Shown: positions 47,302 through 60,440 of the stretch, piece after piece
How the letters are laid out: every line of letters begins with the position of its first letter
Numbering within the stretch: position 1 is the stretch's first letter
Assembly (NCBI GenBank): GCA_051313645.2
Contig: JBNRSN020000001.1
Span: 238,142,001 to 238,206,000 of the forward strand
From: Centroscyllium fabricii
Lineage: Eukaryota
Length of the DNA stretch: 64,000 nt
Direction of reading: 5' to 3'
Notes under the pieces: generated by a model
The model's database searches: none
What the model was told of the DNA's origin: nothing
What the model saw: the letters and a program-made list of their open reading frames with translations, nothing else
Made by a program: the position numbers and the translations under genes

Positions 47302-48749
47302 GAGGTCAGGTCCAAATTGGAGATCAGATGCAAAATGTTGGTGGTGTGCACTGCTTATTTACCATCGTCCAAGGCTGAAAGTGAGACTTCCGTTCCAGGA
47401 GGGCTTCAGTGCCCTATTGACACTCTTGCCATCAGAGACAGCTCTGCAGTATAAAGGGAACATACAAGATGTTCTGCTGTATTTAGTAACACCTTTAAAA
47501 AGAAATTGGATGAATATCTGGTTACGGACACAATTGAGCATCATAAGGATAAATATAGACGGCGATCAAATATTGTGTGGAACATGATATTTCCTGAGTT
47601 GCTAGGACTGTGAAAATGAAATGCCAAAGAAGGCTACCAGTCAAGGATTAATCACATGAAATGTAAGGTCCAATAGATATTCTGGAGTTGGGACAGGGAG
47701 AACCTTTGCAGCTGTTTTCCTAGGAAATGAAATAGTTTGGACAGATTCCATGCTGCAGCAGACTCTAAGTGGTCTGTGGACAGACCATGTCTGAGGAAGG
47801 AAGCTTAATAGGCTATATGATTTTTTTTCTCATTCCATGTTCTTGTAACTAGGCCAGATTGTTTAAGCAACAGAGTGCAAACCTCCCAACCAACTCCTGA
47901 ATATTCTTCAGGTAAGTTTTCTGCCCAATTAGGAATGTCACCCTAAGTGAGAAAGCTACCAATTGAACAGCTTGCTTGGAAGTAAAGTAGTAGGAAGAAA
48001 ATTGCACTGTTCTGTTTCACATTATACTGAAGTATCAGAGCATCTGGCAGCATCATTCCTGCTGCTCCTTGACGGAGGGGTCCGGAAAGGAAGAAAAGGG
48101 AGAAAATCTGTAGTTGCACTCGATCTTCACTGAGCTCCTGATCATACTCTTGGAGACCTCCTGGGTCCAACTCTAGTACTGAACCTCTTAGACACAATAC
48201 CTATAACCTTATAGGGCTGATGTTGCTGGCCCTAACACCTCAGAAGTGCCCGCAGAAGAGGCGCAGTGCACCAGAAATTTGGGCAGGGACCTCTGATGTT
48301 GGGTGGCCATTCCCAATGTGTTGTCCTCGAACTTATCACTGTGGTTTTTTTTTAAGATGCCCATTGTGCTATGCCAGAAGCAGGCACTGGAATGTAAAAG
48401 GCTGCCTTCTCTCACAGAAACATTATGAAACCTTTATTACTGTCAGCTGCATTTAGATCAGAACACCCTCCAACATTCCCTCCAACATTAGCTGAGACTT
48501 CTTCTAACGCATTAAGAAGACGTTGCAGTGAAGTAGCAGATGCTGCTGCATACGGGTCTTTCTAGATCCTTGCAAATACTTGTGTGGAGTCAGTGTATGG
48601 AGATTATGACCAGGGAGACATTCCTAAGTGGGCAGGAGACTCTTCAAGCTTACGTTATCTAATTTGAAGGACATTACATTGTGGGATAGGATACGCTAGG
48701 CTGTTGACATGGGGCTCACAAACGGCTTTATATGTGTAATGTTTTATAC

Positions 48750-48845
48750 TCCCTTTCCCCATCTTGGTGAAGTCGTTAAATTTCTTCCTGCATTGTCTCC
48801 ATGTCCTGTAGACAATGTTGCTGGAATTTATGGCCTCAGCCATCG
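48750..48845 (-). pseudogene. Myb/SANT-like domain remnant, probably Harbinger-derived
   Basis: MAEAINSSNIVYRTWRQCRKKFNDFTK matches the RTxxQCxKKxxD trihelix motif. Confidence 0.55.
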
Positions 48846-49805
48846 GTTGTCACGCTCTACATACCAGAGACACAGTGGGACTAATTTTCATTTCTGTTAT
48901 GCCCCAAAAGTGGGCAGCGACTACACTTTAAAAGTACTTAATTGGCTGTAAAGCGCGTTGGGACATCCTGAGGTTGTGAAAGATGATATGCAAATACAAG
49001 TATTATTTTTTTGGAAGGAGCCTAACGAAGTGTTAAATTAAGCAGAAATCAGTTCTGCTTGCTTTCTACTTATTTTCGACCTTTCCGGTCGGGTCTGGAG
49101 CAGGTGGTGGAAGCGCCCATCTAAAAAAAACAATCAGGAGCTTTATTAATGCATTCAAAAGGGCACAAGGAGATTCTGCATGTGATTTCCCAGTAACCAT
49201 GCATAAATCGGCTGCTGCGTTTCCTCCATTACAACAGGACCACTAGAGGCTGCTCAGAAAAACTCGAACACCAGCTTTGCTCGAATGAGTCTGAATTTGT
49301 CGGGCTATGGGGAAAGAGCGGGAGAGTGAGACTAATTGGACAGCTCTTTCAAAGAGCCAGCACAGGCACGATGGGCCAAATGCCCTTCCTTCTGTGCTGT
49401 AATGATTCTATGAACTTAAATGCTCCTCCTAGCCGATAAAATTCATCCTGCCTGCTGCATGTCCCTCTGTGCCTACCCCTTTGATTGTCTTCCCATCCTT
49501 AATATCCACCTCTGGCTTGGATCCACCGAGGGGCTGCTGTAATCCCCGCCCTCGCCCTGCCCATGATTGGCAAGCTGGCTGTCAGTCCACGTTCAGCACT
49601 GACAGCTTCCTGATATGATTGCAATGAGGCCTAACCATGAAAATGCTTCGGGCCTCTTGCCGGTGACTCTGGACCGGTGTCCCAGGCGCTCCACCCACTG
49701 CCAACCCATTCTGCGCCAAAAACGAAAATCGTCCCCACCACGTTCCATTTTCTTGTTTGTTCACAGACACTAAAGAGTACAACAGATATCAGTTATTGTG
49801 ATACA

Positions 49806-50208
49806 GGGCGGCACGGTGGCACAGTGGTTAGCACTGTTGTCTCACAGCACTGGAGACCCGGGTTCAAATCCAGCCTCGGGTACTATCTGTGTGGAGTTTG
49901 CACATTCTCCCCGTGTCTGCGTGCTCCAGTTTCCTCCCACAGTCCAAAGATGTGCGGGTTAGGTTGATTGGCCATGATAAATTGACCCTTAGTGTTAGGG
50001 GGATTGAATATGTGGGGTTACGGGGATAGGGTGGGATATGTGTTGATGCAGGCTCGATAGGGATTGAGGGATATAGGGAGAGGGCAGGGGCGGGGTACTG
50101 GGTTTGGATGATCAGCCATGATCTCATTGAATGGCGGAGCAGGCTCGAAGGGCCGAATGGCCTACTCCTGCTCCTAGTTTCTATGTTTCTATGTTTCTAT
50201 GTTTCTAT
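49806..50208 (+). mobile_element. HE1-like V-SINE
   Basis: Same family; small deletion in the V-domain; (TTTCTATG)n tail. Confidence 0.9.
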
Positions 50209-50299
50209 AATGTACAATTTGTCGCTGGTCCCTTAGCAATGGATAGTATCGCAATTCCTGCACTATTTATATAATTGCATACATATCTGCAGCACAGAG

Positions 50300-52400
50300 C
50301 CAGGCAATTCAGCCCAACTGGACTAGGCCGGTGTTTATACGCCATACACGCCTCCTCTCAGTCTAACTATTTCTTCTCACCTGCTCCTTATTCTATGCCC
50401 TTCTCCTTCATGTATGCATGAAGCCTCCCCTTAAATCTGTCAATGCTATCTCCCTCACCCACTCCATGTGGCAGCGAGTTCCACATTCTCATCACTCTCT
50501 GTGTAAAGAATTTCCCCCTAAATTCTTTATTAGCTCCGTTAGTGACCATTTTATATTTATGCCTCCTTGTTCAGGACTCACCTACAAGTGGAAACAGTTT
50601 CACCAAGTCCATCCTATCAACACTCTTCAGAATTTTAAAGCCCTTTATCAGGTCTTCTCTTTTCCAAAGAAATGAGCCCCAGCCTGCGCAATCCTTCCTA
50701 ATACAGGTTGAGCACCGTTACTCCGGCATGGCGCAGGCCATTCAAAATGGCCGCCGTGAAAGGCCGGTGGCCATTTTGAGTGGTCTGCGCATGCGCTTAT
50801 CGTTCGGGGAGGCCCAGGATCATTTGGTGAGGCCCGGGATCATTGGGTGAGGCCCGGGATCGTTTGGTGAGGCCCGGGATCGTTCGGGGAGGCCCGGGAT
50901 CGTTCGGCGGCGCATGAGCAGATCATTCAAAACTTCACAGTGGCCATTTTGAATGGTCTGTGCATGCGCTCGCCATTTGGCGGCGCATGCGCAGATCATT
51001 CGCCGAAGCATCAATCACGGCGGCCATTTTGCGCATGCGCAGGGCAGTCAGGGAAATTGTTGCCGGGCGTTCGAAGTTGCCGTTTTGTTGGGTAACGGAT
51101 TAACGGTATTCAACCTGTAGTTGCATCCTCTGAATTCTGGTAACATCCTTGTAAATCTTTTATGCACTTTCTCCAGTTCTTCAATATCGTTTTTGCAGTA
51201 TGGAGACCAGACTGTGTACACTGTACAAGTACTCCAAGTGTGGTCCAACCAAGGATCTATATAAATTTAATATTACCACTCTGCTTTTCTAATCTTTATC
51301 TCCAGTACTTTGTTTGTACTCTTTATGGCTTTATCAACTTGTGTTTCTACTTTCAATGATTTATGTATCTGTATTCCAGATCACTTTGCTCCTCTATCCC
51401 ATTTAGTTTCTTACCTACCAAGGAATAAGTGGCCTCCTTATTCCTCCAACCAAACTGAGTGGCCTCACACTTTGTAATTTTGAATTTAATTTGCCATTTA
51501 TCTATCCACTCCGCAAGCCTATTTATGTCTTCCTGTATTATGTGGTATACCCTCTCATTTGGTATCATCTGCAAATTTTGACTCCACACCTCCAAAGCTT
51601 GAGCGTTTATGTATATGGTGAACCACAGCAGTCCCAGCACAGATCCCTGCAGGACACCACCTCCCACTTTCTACCATTCTGTTGAAATCTACCTTAACTC
51701 CTACCCTCTGTTTTCTGATTTCTAATCATCTTTCAATCTATTCTATTAACTGGCCCTCATTCCATATGTCATGAGTCTCTTATGTGGCAGCTAGTCAAAG
51801 ACCTTCTAAAAGTTTATGTGTGTCGCAGCCATTGCATTGCTCTTGTATACTCTTTCTGTTACTTATTCAAATAATTCAATAAGGTTGGTTAAAGATGACC
51901 TTCCTTTTAGTAATCCATGCTGACTATTTTTTATTATAATCTTCTTCCTTAGATTTTTTGTTATCTAATCTTTTAACAAAGATCCAAATATCTTTCCTAC
52001 CACTATTATTAAGCTAACTAGGCTAGAATAGTTTTATCTCCCTTTTTGAAGATCGGAATTATATTTGCTGCCCACCAGCTCTTTGGCATTATTTCTTTTT
52101 ATATATGGATACTAGTGCCTCTGCTATCTCCTCCCTAGTTTCATTTGAGTATCTGTGGATGCTATCCATCTGGACCTGGCATTTTGTCCACCTTAAGATT
52201 AGCTACTTTGTCTGGTATCTCCTTTCTTTCTATCTTAACTGTTGTAATTTCCCTCTTGACTTCTGCTATTGTCATTTCCTCTTTGTTTGCCTCAGTTTAC
52301 ACTGAAGAGGCTAATCTATTCAGTATCCCTGTCATTTCAGTATCATCTCCTGTGGGTTTACTATGCTCATTCTTTAGTGGTCCTATCCCTATCTGAATTC
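50300..52400 (-). mobile_element. Old degraded CR1 LINE, interrupted by a MITE
   Basis: GVLQGSVLG, WQIKFKITKCE, WSPY..DIEELEKVHKRFTRM peptides. Confidence 0.75.
50704..51117. mobile_element. Tc1/mariner-Tigger(pogo)-like MITE
   Basis: TA|CAGGTTGAGCACCGTTA ... TAACGGTATTCAACCTG|TA; internal ~21-bp tandem repeat 50808-50908. Confidence 0.8.
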
Positions 52401-52959
52401 TCATTTTGTGCCTACAGAATACGTTACTATTTCTTTTTATATTTTCATTTCATATATTCTCTTTGCCTTTCTAAATGTCTTTTTTTTAAACTTTTTCTTA
52501 AGCTCATTTTATTCCCTTTTGTCATACTCTCCTTTATTGATTATTCAAATAGCAATGTCTATTTTTATAAGGTTATTGCAATTATTCAGAACAACTATAT
52601 AAGCTGATCCATGGGAACAATTATTTAACCACTAAACTTGTACTTGAGTTCTTGTCGTTCAGTATGGTCAGGCTCATAGGCTTTTTAAATGCTATGCCTG
52701 CTACCAATATCTACATTAATTGGAGTCCCCTGGTAGATAATTTATCAGCACTGTGTGAACACAAAAAAACCCAGAATAATACAGAGCCTAACAAGGAATA
52801 TGTAATCGTCATGCCACTAGTATAGTGGAAAGGTCCATTTTCTCAGATGAAGAGACTTATGATAGGTTTAATTGAGGAGAGTCAAAATGCAAAAATATCA
52901 CATTTAGATTACAGTAACATGATGCCACAGAATTACCAATACTTGCCAGCTATTAAGGA

Positions 52960-53885
52960 GTTTAGCACAAAATTCTGTACTCTTTACTTCCATGGTCTTG
53001 ATCATAGACAAGGCCATCTTCTGAACACTTCCTTGTATCCCTCACCACCCACATTCTCCTACCCCCTTCCTTCTACGTCCACCCCAGAAAAACTCCACCC
53101 CAAGGCACTTACAACTGCACTTTCAAACTCCCAATGGTCTAGCCTTTGACCTTCCATTTTCCATAATAATTCTGCAGCCGTTGATCTGCTCAACCACTCC
53201 CTCACCTCCACTTTTGATGGCCTTGTCCCCAGTAAAACCTTTACTCTCTCCCATCCTGGACAGTCCCCTTGGTATGGCCCCCATCTGCACTCCCTCAAGT
53301 TCAAGGGGCACAGACTTGAGCGCATCTGGGGCATGACTAGTTTAGCCTTCCACCATCAGATCTGGCTGGACTGCATCAAGTCTTATCAGGCTTCACTCCC
53401 CTCTTCCAAAACTAATCACTACTCTTGGATCATCTTGGAGAACAAAGATAATCCCTGTCTTTTTTTCTCCACTCATGGACTTGTTTGTCACTAAGATTGA
53501 GATCATCTGTGCAATGTGCAGCTGACCCTACATTTCTCCTTACCTACCACTCTTCTCCTTACCTATCAGGTCAATCTTCCCATAGGCTCTCTCCTGCCAT
53601 AGTCATGATCCGGCTTCTTTCTCTAGTTTCTCTCCTATCTCCTCACCTCATGCCCTCTCCAAGCTCATCTCATACACGAGGCCCACCTCCTGCTCCCTTG
53701 ACCCCATTCCCACTAAACTGCTGACCAACCAACTTCCCTACCTGGTCCCATGCTAACTGACATTGCAATTGGTTCTCTTTCAGCAAACACTGTCTCCCTC
53801 ACTTTCAAAACCACCTTAATGACCTCCCTCCTCAAAAATCCACCCTCCACCCTTCTGTCCTCGAAAACTACTTTTCATCACCCCA
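52960..53885 (+). mobile_element. Degraded L2-like LINE
   Basis: C-rich sequence homologous to 10406-11800, ending near an NY.P-type RT N-terminal motif. Confidence 0.6.
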
Positions 53886-54233
53886 TCTTATTTTTTAAAC
53901 AACTGTTACCGAATTAACGACCTCGGAGACGAGATATTAAGAGGTGAAACAATCGGCTTTTATTAGCTAAAGGTGGACATGCACCAGCTAGTCGACCGTC
54001 CCCAGGAATGGCTGGGGGAAGGGAGACGGCCACTTATGTACCTGGTCCTGGGAAGGAGGAGTCACAGGCGGGGCCAGCATGGGCATGTCCAGGTAACAAT
54101 ATACAGTGAACTATTGTACAACATGGTTATAGATGGTTACAGTGATATATACATATATATAATACAGAGTGGTTTACCACATTCACCCCTTCTTTAAAAC
54201 AAAAGTCCGGCGGGGCGAATGCGAGTTTTTTTT

Positions 54234-57200
54234 TTATAAGTCCAGCCTGTCGGGCGGCCTAGTTTGTCTGGTTGATCGGCGCACCGCTGGTGGTGGAGTC
54301 GGCGGGCGCACTGTTGTCTGTTGAGTCAGTCGCAGCGAGGTCGGCGTGGGCGTTCGGTTCATCATTGGTGCCCTTGAGGTAACGGTTAGCGGCGCGCTCT
54401 CCCACTCATCATCCGACTCTTGGGCGCGTGCACTAGGGAGCCATGCCGGGGGCCATGCTGTGCTGCCTGCAGGTGCTGGGTGTGCGTACCGTGGCGCTGG
54501 AGCCTCGTGCTGAGCGACGTACCGTGGTGCCGGTGGCCCGGAGGGAGTAGCAGGCAGGCGCGGGAGTGCGGGCTGTTGGGCAGGGCTGGTCTCGGGGGCG
54601 CCCGCGGGTGCCAGGTCCTTGATGGACACTGTGTCCTCCCTCCCGTCGGGGTACACCACGTAGGCGTACTAGGGGTTGGCGTGCAGGAGGTGGACCCGTT
54701 CGACCAGGGGGTCCGACTTGTGGCCCCTCACGTGCTTCCGGAGTAGGACTGGTCCTGGGGACGATAGCCATGCCGGCAGCAAGGTCCCGGAAGCCGACTT
54801 CCTAGGGAAGGCAAAAAGTCGCTCGTGAGGGGTGGCGTTAGTGGCCGTACAAAGGAGTGACCGGATGGAGTGGAGCGCTTCGGGGAGGACGTCCTGCCAG
54901 CGGGAGACTGGGAGGCCTTCAGACCGTAGGGCTAACAGGATGGCCTTCCAGATGGTGGCGTTCTCCCTCTCTACCTGTCCGTTCCCCCGGGGGTTGTAGC
55001 TGGTAGTCCTGCTAGTAGCGATGGCTTTGGCTAGCAGAAACTGACGCAGCTCGTCACTCATGAAAGAGGCCCCCCGGTCGCTATGGATGTAGCTGGGGTA
55101 GCCGAACAGGGAGAAAATGCTGTGGAGGGCCTTGATGACGGTGGCAGAGGACATGTCCGGGCAGGGGATGGCGAAGGGGAAACGCGAGTACTCGTCGATG
55201 ACGTTCAGAAAGTACACATTTCGGTTGGACGAGGGGCGGGGCCCTTTAAAATCGACACTGAGTCGCTCAAAGGGGCGGGTGGCCTTTATCAGGTGCGCCC
55301 GGTCTGGCCGAAAGAAATGCGGCTTGCACTTCGCACAGACCTGGCAGTTCCTGGTCATGGTCTTGACCTCCTCGATGGAGATGTGGAGGTTGCGGGACTT
55401 AACGAAGTGGACCAACCTGGTGACCCCCCGGGTGGCAGAGGTCATTGTGCAGGGTCTGGAGACGGTCCACTTGTGTGCTAGCACATGTACCGCGTGATAG
55501 GGCATCTGGGGGCTCATTGAATTTCCCGGGCCGGTACAAGATATCATAATTGAAAGCGGAGAACTCAATTCTCCACCTCAGTATCTTGTCGTTCTTGATT
55601 TTACCCCGCTCTTTGTTGTTGAACATAAAAGCGACTGAGCGTTGGTCAGTCAGCAGGGTAAATCGTTTGCCGGCCAGGTAGTGCTTCCAGTGTCACACTG
55701 CTTCAACAATGGCCTGGGCCTCCTTCTCAACGGAAGAGTGACGGGTCTCGGGGCCCTGGAGGGTGCGCGAGAAGAAGGCCACGGGTCTGCCCGCCTGGTT
55801 AAGGGTGGTGGCCAGGGCAAAGTCCGATGCATCGCTCTCGACCTGGAACGGGACGGCCTCGTCCACGGCGTGCATCGTTGCCTTTGCAATGTCGCCTTTT
55901 ATGCCGCAGAAGGCCGAGCAGGCCTCTGCTGACAGAGGGAATGAGGTTGATTTAAGCAGTGGGCGGGCTTTGTCCGCATAGTTGGGGACCCACTGGGCAT
56001 AATAGGCGAAGAACCCCAGGCACCTTTTCAGGGCCTTGAGCGAGTGGGGGAGGGGGAGCTCCAGGAGGGGGCGCATGCGGTCCGGGTCGGGACCTATGAC
56101 CCCATTCTCCACAACACTGCCGAGGATGGCGAGGCGGGTTGTCCTGAACACACATTTTTCCATGTTATAGGTCAGGTTTAGTGTTTTGGCAGTGTGGAGA
56201 AATTTCTGGAGGTTGGCGTCATGGTCCTGCTGGTCGTGGCCGCAGATGGTCACGTTATCTAGATACGGAAAGGTGGGCCGCAGTCCGTACTGATCGACCA
56301 TTCGGTCCATCTCCCTTTGGAAGACCGAGACCCCATTGGTGACGTCAAACGGAACCCTGAGGAAGTGATAGAGGCGGTCGTCAGCCTTGAAGGCAGTATA
56401 GAGACGGTCCTCTGGGCGGATGGGGAGCTGGTGGTATGCGGACTTCAGATCGATGGTCGAGAAGACCCGAAACTGAGCGATCTGATTCACCATGTCGTGG
56501 GACTAGGGACAGGGTCACTGGCAAGGCTTGGAAGCTAAGCAGAGCCAGGCCTGGTTAGTACTTGGAAGGGTGACCACCAGGGAATACCAGGTGCAGAAGG
56601 TCACGAAAGGAGCCCCGGGGAGGGGCGGTTGGCTGAAGATTGTCGGAATGATGGAAAGATGGAATGGCGGCGCGCACAGACGCAGCGGCTTTGCTGGACT
56701 CTTGGGAGCTTGCAAGATCACATTTCGTTGTTCATGTACTTGTACATTGTATAATGACAATAAAGTTGAATTATTATTATTATTATTATACGGGGGAGGG
56801 GATACACGTCTAACTGCGTAAACCGGTTAATGGTCTGGCTGTAGTCCACAACCATCCGGTTTTTAGCGCCGGTCTTTACCACTACTACCTGCGCCCTCCA
56901 AGGGCTATTACTGGCCTCGATGACCCCCTCCCTCAGGAGGCGCTTCACCTCGGACTTGATGAAGTCTATGTCCCTGGTACTGTAGCGCCTACTTTTGGTG
57001 GCGACGGGCTTGCAGTCCGGGGTGAGGTTAGCAAAGAGCGAGGGAGGGGCGACCTTAAGGGTCGAGAGGCCACAGGTAACGCGCTGAGGGTGCTGCGAGA
57101 AGCGCTGGTTGCTGACCGTGAGCGGGGGAAAGGGCCCACCGTACGCCATGGTAACGCTCTGGAGGTGGCACTGGAAATCGAGGCCCAGCAGTAATGGAGC

Positions 57201-58227
57201 GCAGAGCTGCGGCAGCATGAATACTTTAAAATTACTAAAGTGCATGCCCCGTACCGTCAGGGTCACCGCACAACGCCCGCAGATGTCCGCGGATTCCGAC
57301 TTGGATGCCATCGAAATCTTTTGGCTAGCCGGCATAACTTTAAGGGAGAAGCGCTTTACCGTTTCTGGGTGGACGAAACTCGCCGTGCTCCCGCTGTCGA
57401 AAAGGCACTCGATGCTCCGCCCGTTCACCTCCACTGTCATCATTGATCTGCTGAGTGGTTGCGTCTTATTCTGATCCAGATTGATGGAGGCCAGTATCGG
57501 GTCGGTCGAGTCGTTTGGGTCCGTTGAGAGGTCTGGGGCCTGGTCCCAAGATGGCTGCCGCCATGTGGTGTACTGCGGTGGAGGTGGCTGAGTCCAAGAT
57601 GGCATCTGCTGCCACGCGGCAGGCTGTGGTGAAGATGGCTGTGTCCAAGATGGCTGCCCCCACGGCCCACACGCGGCGCTGCCTGGTTTCGATTGCGGGA
57701 TTGCAGCTGCTCTGCAGACTTTGGCACGCATTTCCCAGATCAGCTGTCGCCTGCAGGGCAAGGCCGTTTTGCTCTAATAGTCTTTGGCGGATATAGTCCA
57801 ACCTGAGGCCAGTCACGTACGCGTCCCTGATAAGGCTGTCCGCGTGTACCTGGGCTGACTGTGCCTTGCAGTTGCAGGCCCTGCAGAGGACTTTCAGCGC
57901 GCATAGGAACTCCACGCTGGACTCACCGGGTTGCTGCTTTCTGGTGGCTAGGAGGTGTCTGGCGTGGACGAGGTTCGGTGTCCGGTTATACTCCGCTTTT
58001 AGGAGCCGGATCGCATCTAGGTACGATGCTGCATCTGCAATCATTGAGTAGACTTGAGGGCGCACCCGGGCATTGAGGAGGCGCCGTTTGTCCTCCTCAG
58101 TCCTGACGACTGCCGCGTTCGCCTTGATGAACGCATCAAAACAGTCGAACCAGTGCGTAAAGGTATTGGAGGCGCCTGGTGTCCGGGGGTCCAGTTCGAA
58201 CGTTGCTGGTTTGAGCATCGACTCCAT
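54234..58227 (-). pseudogene. gag-pol: Gypsy A2 gag-pol, disrupted
   Basis: ORF fragments highly similar to element A. Confidence 0.9.
56497..56787 (+). mobile_element. 5S rRNA-derived SINE (SINE3 type) with Rex-Babar-like tail
   Basis: GGAAGCTAAGCAG..GGCCTGGTTAGTACTTGGA.GGG.GACC.CC.GGGAATACC.GGTGC matches the 5S internal control region; tail TCGTTGT..TGTACT..AATGACAATAAAGTTGAA(TTA)n. Confidence 0.8.
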
Positions 58228-60171
58228 CGTTAAATTTAGCTAATAAAATTGTTACCGAATTAACGACCTCGGAGACGAGATATTAAGAGGTGAAACAATC
58301 GGCTTTTATTAGCTAAAGGCGGACATGCACCAGCTAGTCGACCGTCCCCAGGAATGGCTGGGGGAAGGGAGACGGCCGCTTATGTACCTGGTCCTGGGAA
58401 GGAGGAGTCACAGGCGGGGCCAGCATGGGCATGTCCAGGTAACAATATACAGAGAACTATGTACAACATGGTTATCGATGGTTACAGTGATATATACATA
58501 TATATAATACAGAATGGTTTACCACAACAACCTAATTCACTTCACAGAAATGGCTCTCCCCATAATTATTCAGCTTTAGATAATTGAAAGATTTTCCTGC
58601 AAAAAAGATATTTATCTCCAATTTGGTTGTGCAGTGCAAGCTTTTCAACAAATTCAAAAGCAATTACATGATGATATTTATTTTATTCCTAGTTAAGTCA
58701 TCCCAAATTAAATTTGTGTTTAGCAGCAGAATTTTAAAAAAAAACTTTGCTATGAGGGAGGTTAAACCAGAAATCTCAAAAGCTGCAGGGCAAATGTGCA
58801 ACAATGCAAGCTTTGGGCCATGTTGGCATACTCTAGTCAAAAATTCACAAGCTATTAAAGAGGGAGGTGAGGCCAACATTTGATAGTGACATATTATAGG
58901 CATGCCAAAATGATCATTGATGAATAATTTCCAACATTATGCTCCCAAAATACTTCAAAAGAACCTAGTATAATTGTCACTTGTTGAGAAGTTACTTACA
59001 AATTTACAAAAAGTCTTCAGAGAGTACTGTGGCATGGTGCATTAGAACCATACAGTGGTTCAACGCGAGTTCACATCTACATCTACAAACAGCCACATTC
59101 CAGAGATTCCAATCAGCATCTCTTGTGGGACAGTGGCCAGCGGAATTCAGAAATCAATGGAATTGCAAATGGGGCGGTTTCTATAACGGGCGTCCGATCC
59201 GCAACGCCGGTTTTATGTTCGGGCAGCAAATTAAAAATCTAGTGTGCCAGTAATTTCACAAATACAAAATAAACATAAAACCGAGGATAGATGGGTATGA
59301 AACGCTTAGGATCCAGGGCTCCCAGTTTGAAAAGATACGGATTAGAGAGAGCCTTACTCAGTTGAGTATTGCGGTTCTTGGATTGAAATTACTTGACGCT
59401 CAGACGAGCTGCTTAAAGTGGGAAAGTTCTGTGTCTCAACACTGACATACATCCCTCACACTGATCAGCATAAAGCCATCCCAAACTTTTTGGAAAGCAG
59501 CAATTTTTAGCATGTTGTGGAAGGTTAGAGTGAAACTCACTTTAGACGGTGTACAAAAAGGAAATAACTCATTCTCAGAAATGCAAATCACTCACTGCTA
59601 AGACAAGCTACAAGACTGAATACCAGACATATAGAATAAGTAAAAACAGAACCATCCACGTGGAACTGTACTGACTCTGAGCCAGTTAAAACAAAGAACA
59701 GCTCTTAAGAGTTACATTCTTGGAGAAAAGACATCTGACTGCAAGCAAGTAGACCAAAATTCACATCTGTAATGGTAATGCAATGTGAGTGCACAGCATC
59801 TTTTGACTAATCGTAGATTTGAAGATAAAATGAATGAATGAATCTTTATTTCGAACAATAAAAAAGAAACCATTAAAAGAAAGAACAAAAATAATAATAC
59901 AAAATAATAATAAAATAAATTTTAAATTAAGATAATTTTAACATAACTCATATAAGGCTTGCTCGAAAAGGGATAGGAAGAAGCAAAATGAAACCTGAAA
60001 TTATTTGAGTACCGTATGATTAGGGTCAGTGATTTCCATTTTTATCACATTGGATTACGGGATTTTTGACAACATTTATGGGGATCCACGGGCTTGATAT
60101 TGACTCCCCGTTTGGAGGAAACCAGGAGGGAGTGTAGTTAAAATGGAGCAGAGGACTTGCCCGCCTCTTTT

Positions 60172-60440
60172 GAGGGTCACAGTCTAAGGATAAGGGGTAA
60201 GCCATTTAGGACAGAGATGAGGAGGAATTTCTTCACCCAGAGAGTGGTGAACCTGTGGAATTCTCTGCCACAGAAGGCCTTAGAGGCCAATTCATTAAAT
60301 ATATTCAAGAAGGAGTTAGATATATTTCTTAAGGCTAAAGGGATCAAGCGATATGGGGAGAAAGCAGGGACAGGGTACTGAATTTGGGTCATCAGCCATG
60401 ATCTCATTGAATGGCGGAGCAGGCTTGAGAGGCCGAATGG
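60172..60440 (+). mobile_element. CR1 3' end fragment
   Basis: GHSLRIRGKPFRTEMRRNFFTQRVVNLWNSLP; same family as 43542-44717. Confidence 0.85.

Larger units (their letters stand above)
53904..58526 (-). mobile_element. Ty3/Gypsy element A2 (A subfamily)
   Basis: LTRs 58250-58526 (5') and 53904-54181 (3'); TSD ACAAC; gag zinc-knuckle deletion at about 57726; SINE insertion in RT. Confidence 0.95.

Noticed and set aside
56529-56600. Functional 5S rRNA gene
   Set aside because: The first ~45 nt of 5S are absent, there are several substitutions and no T-run terminator, and it is fused to a LINE-like tail
13529-58531. Sequence-specific target site for the dominant Gypsy lineage
   Set aside because: TSDs GCCTT, CAGAT, GAGGT, GAGGC, ACTCC and ACAAC share no clear consensus
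58584-59253. ORFs in AT-rich unique sequence (also 1388-1663)
   Set aside because: No recognisable domains or convincing splice-site pairs
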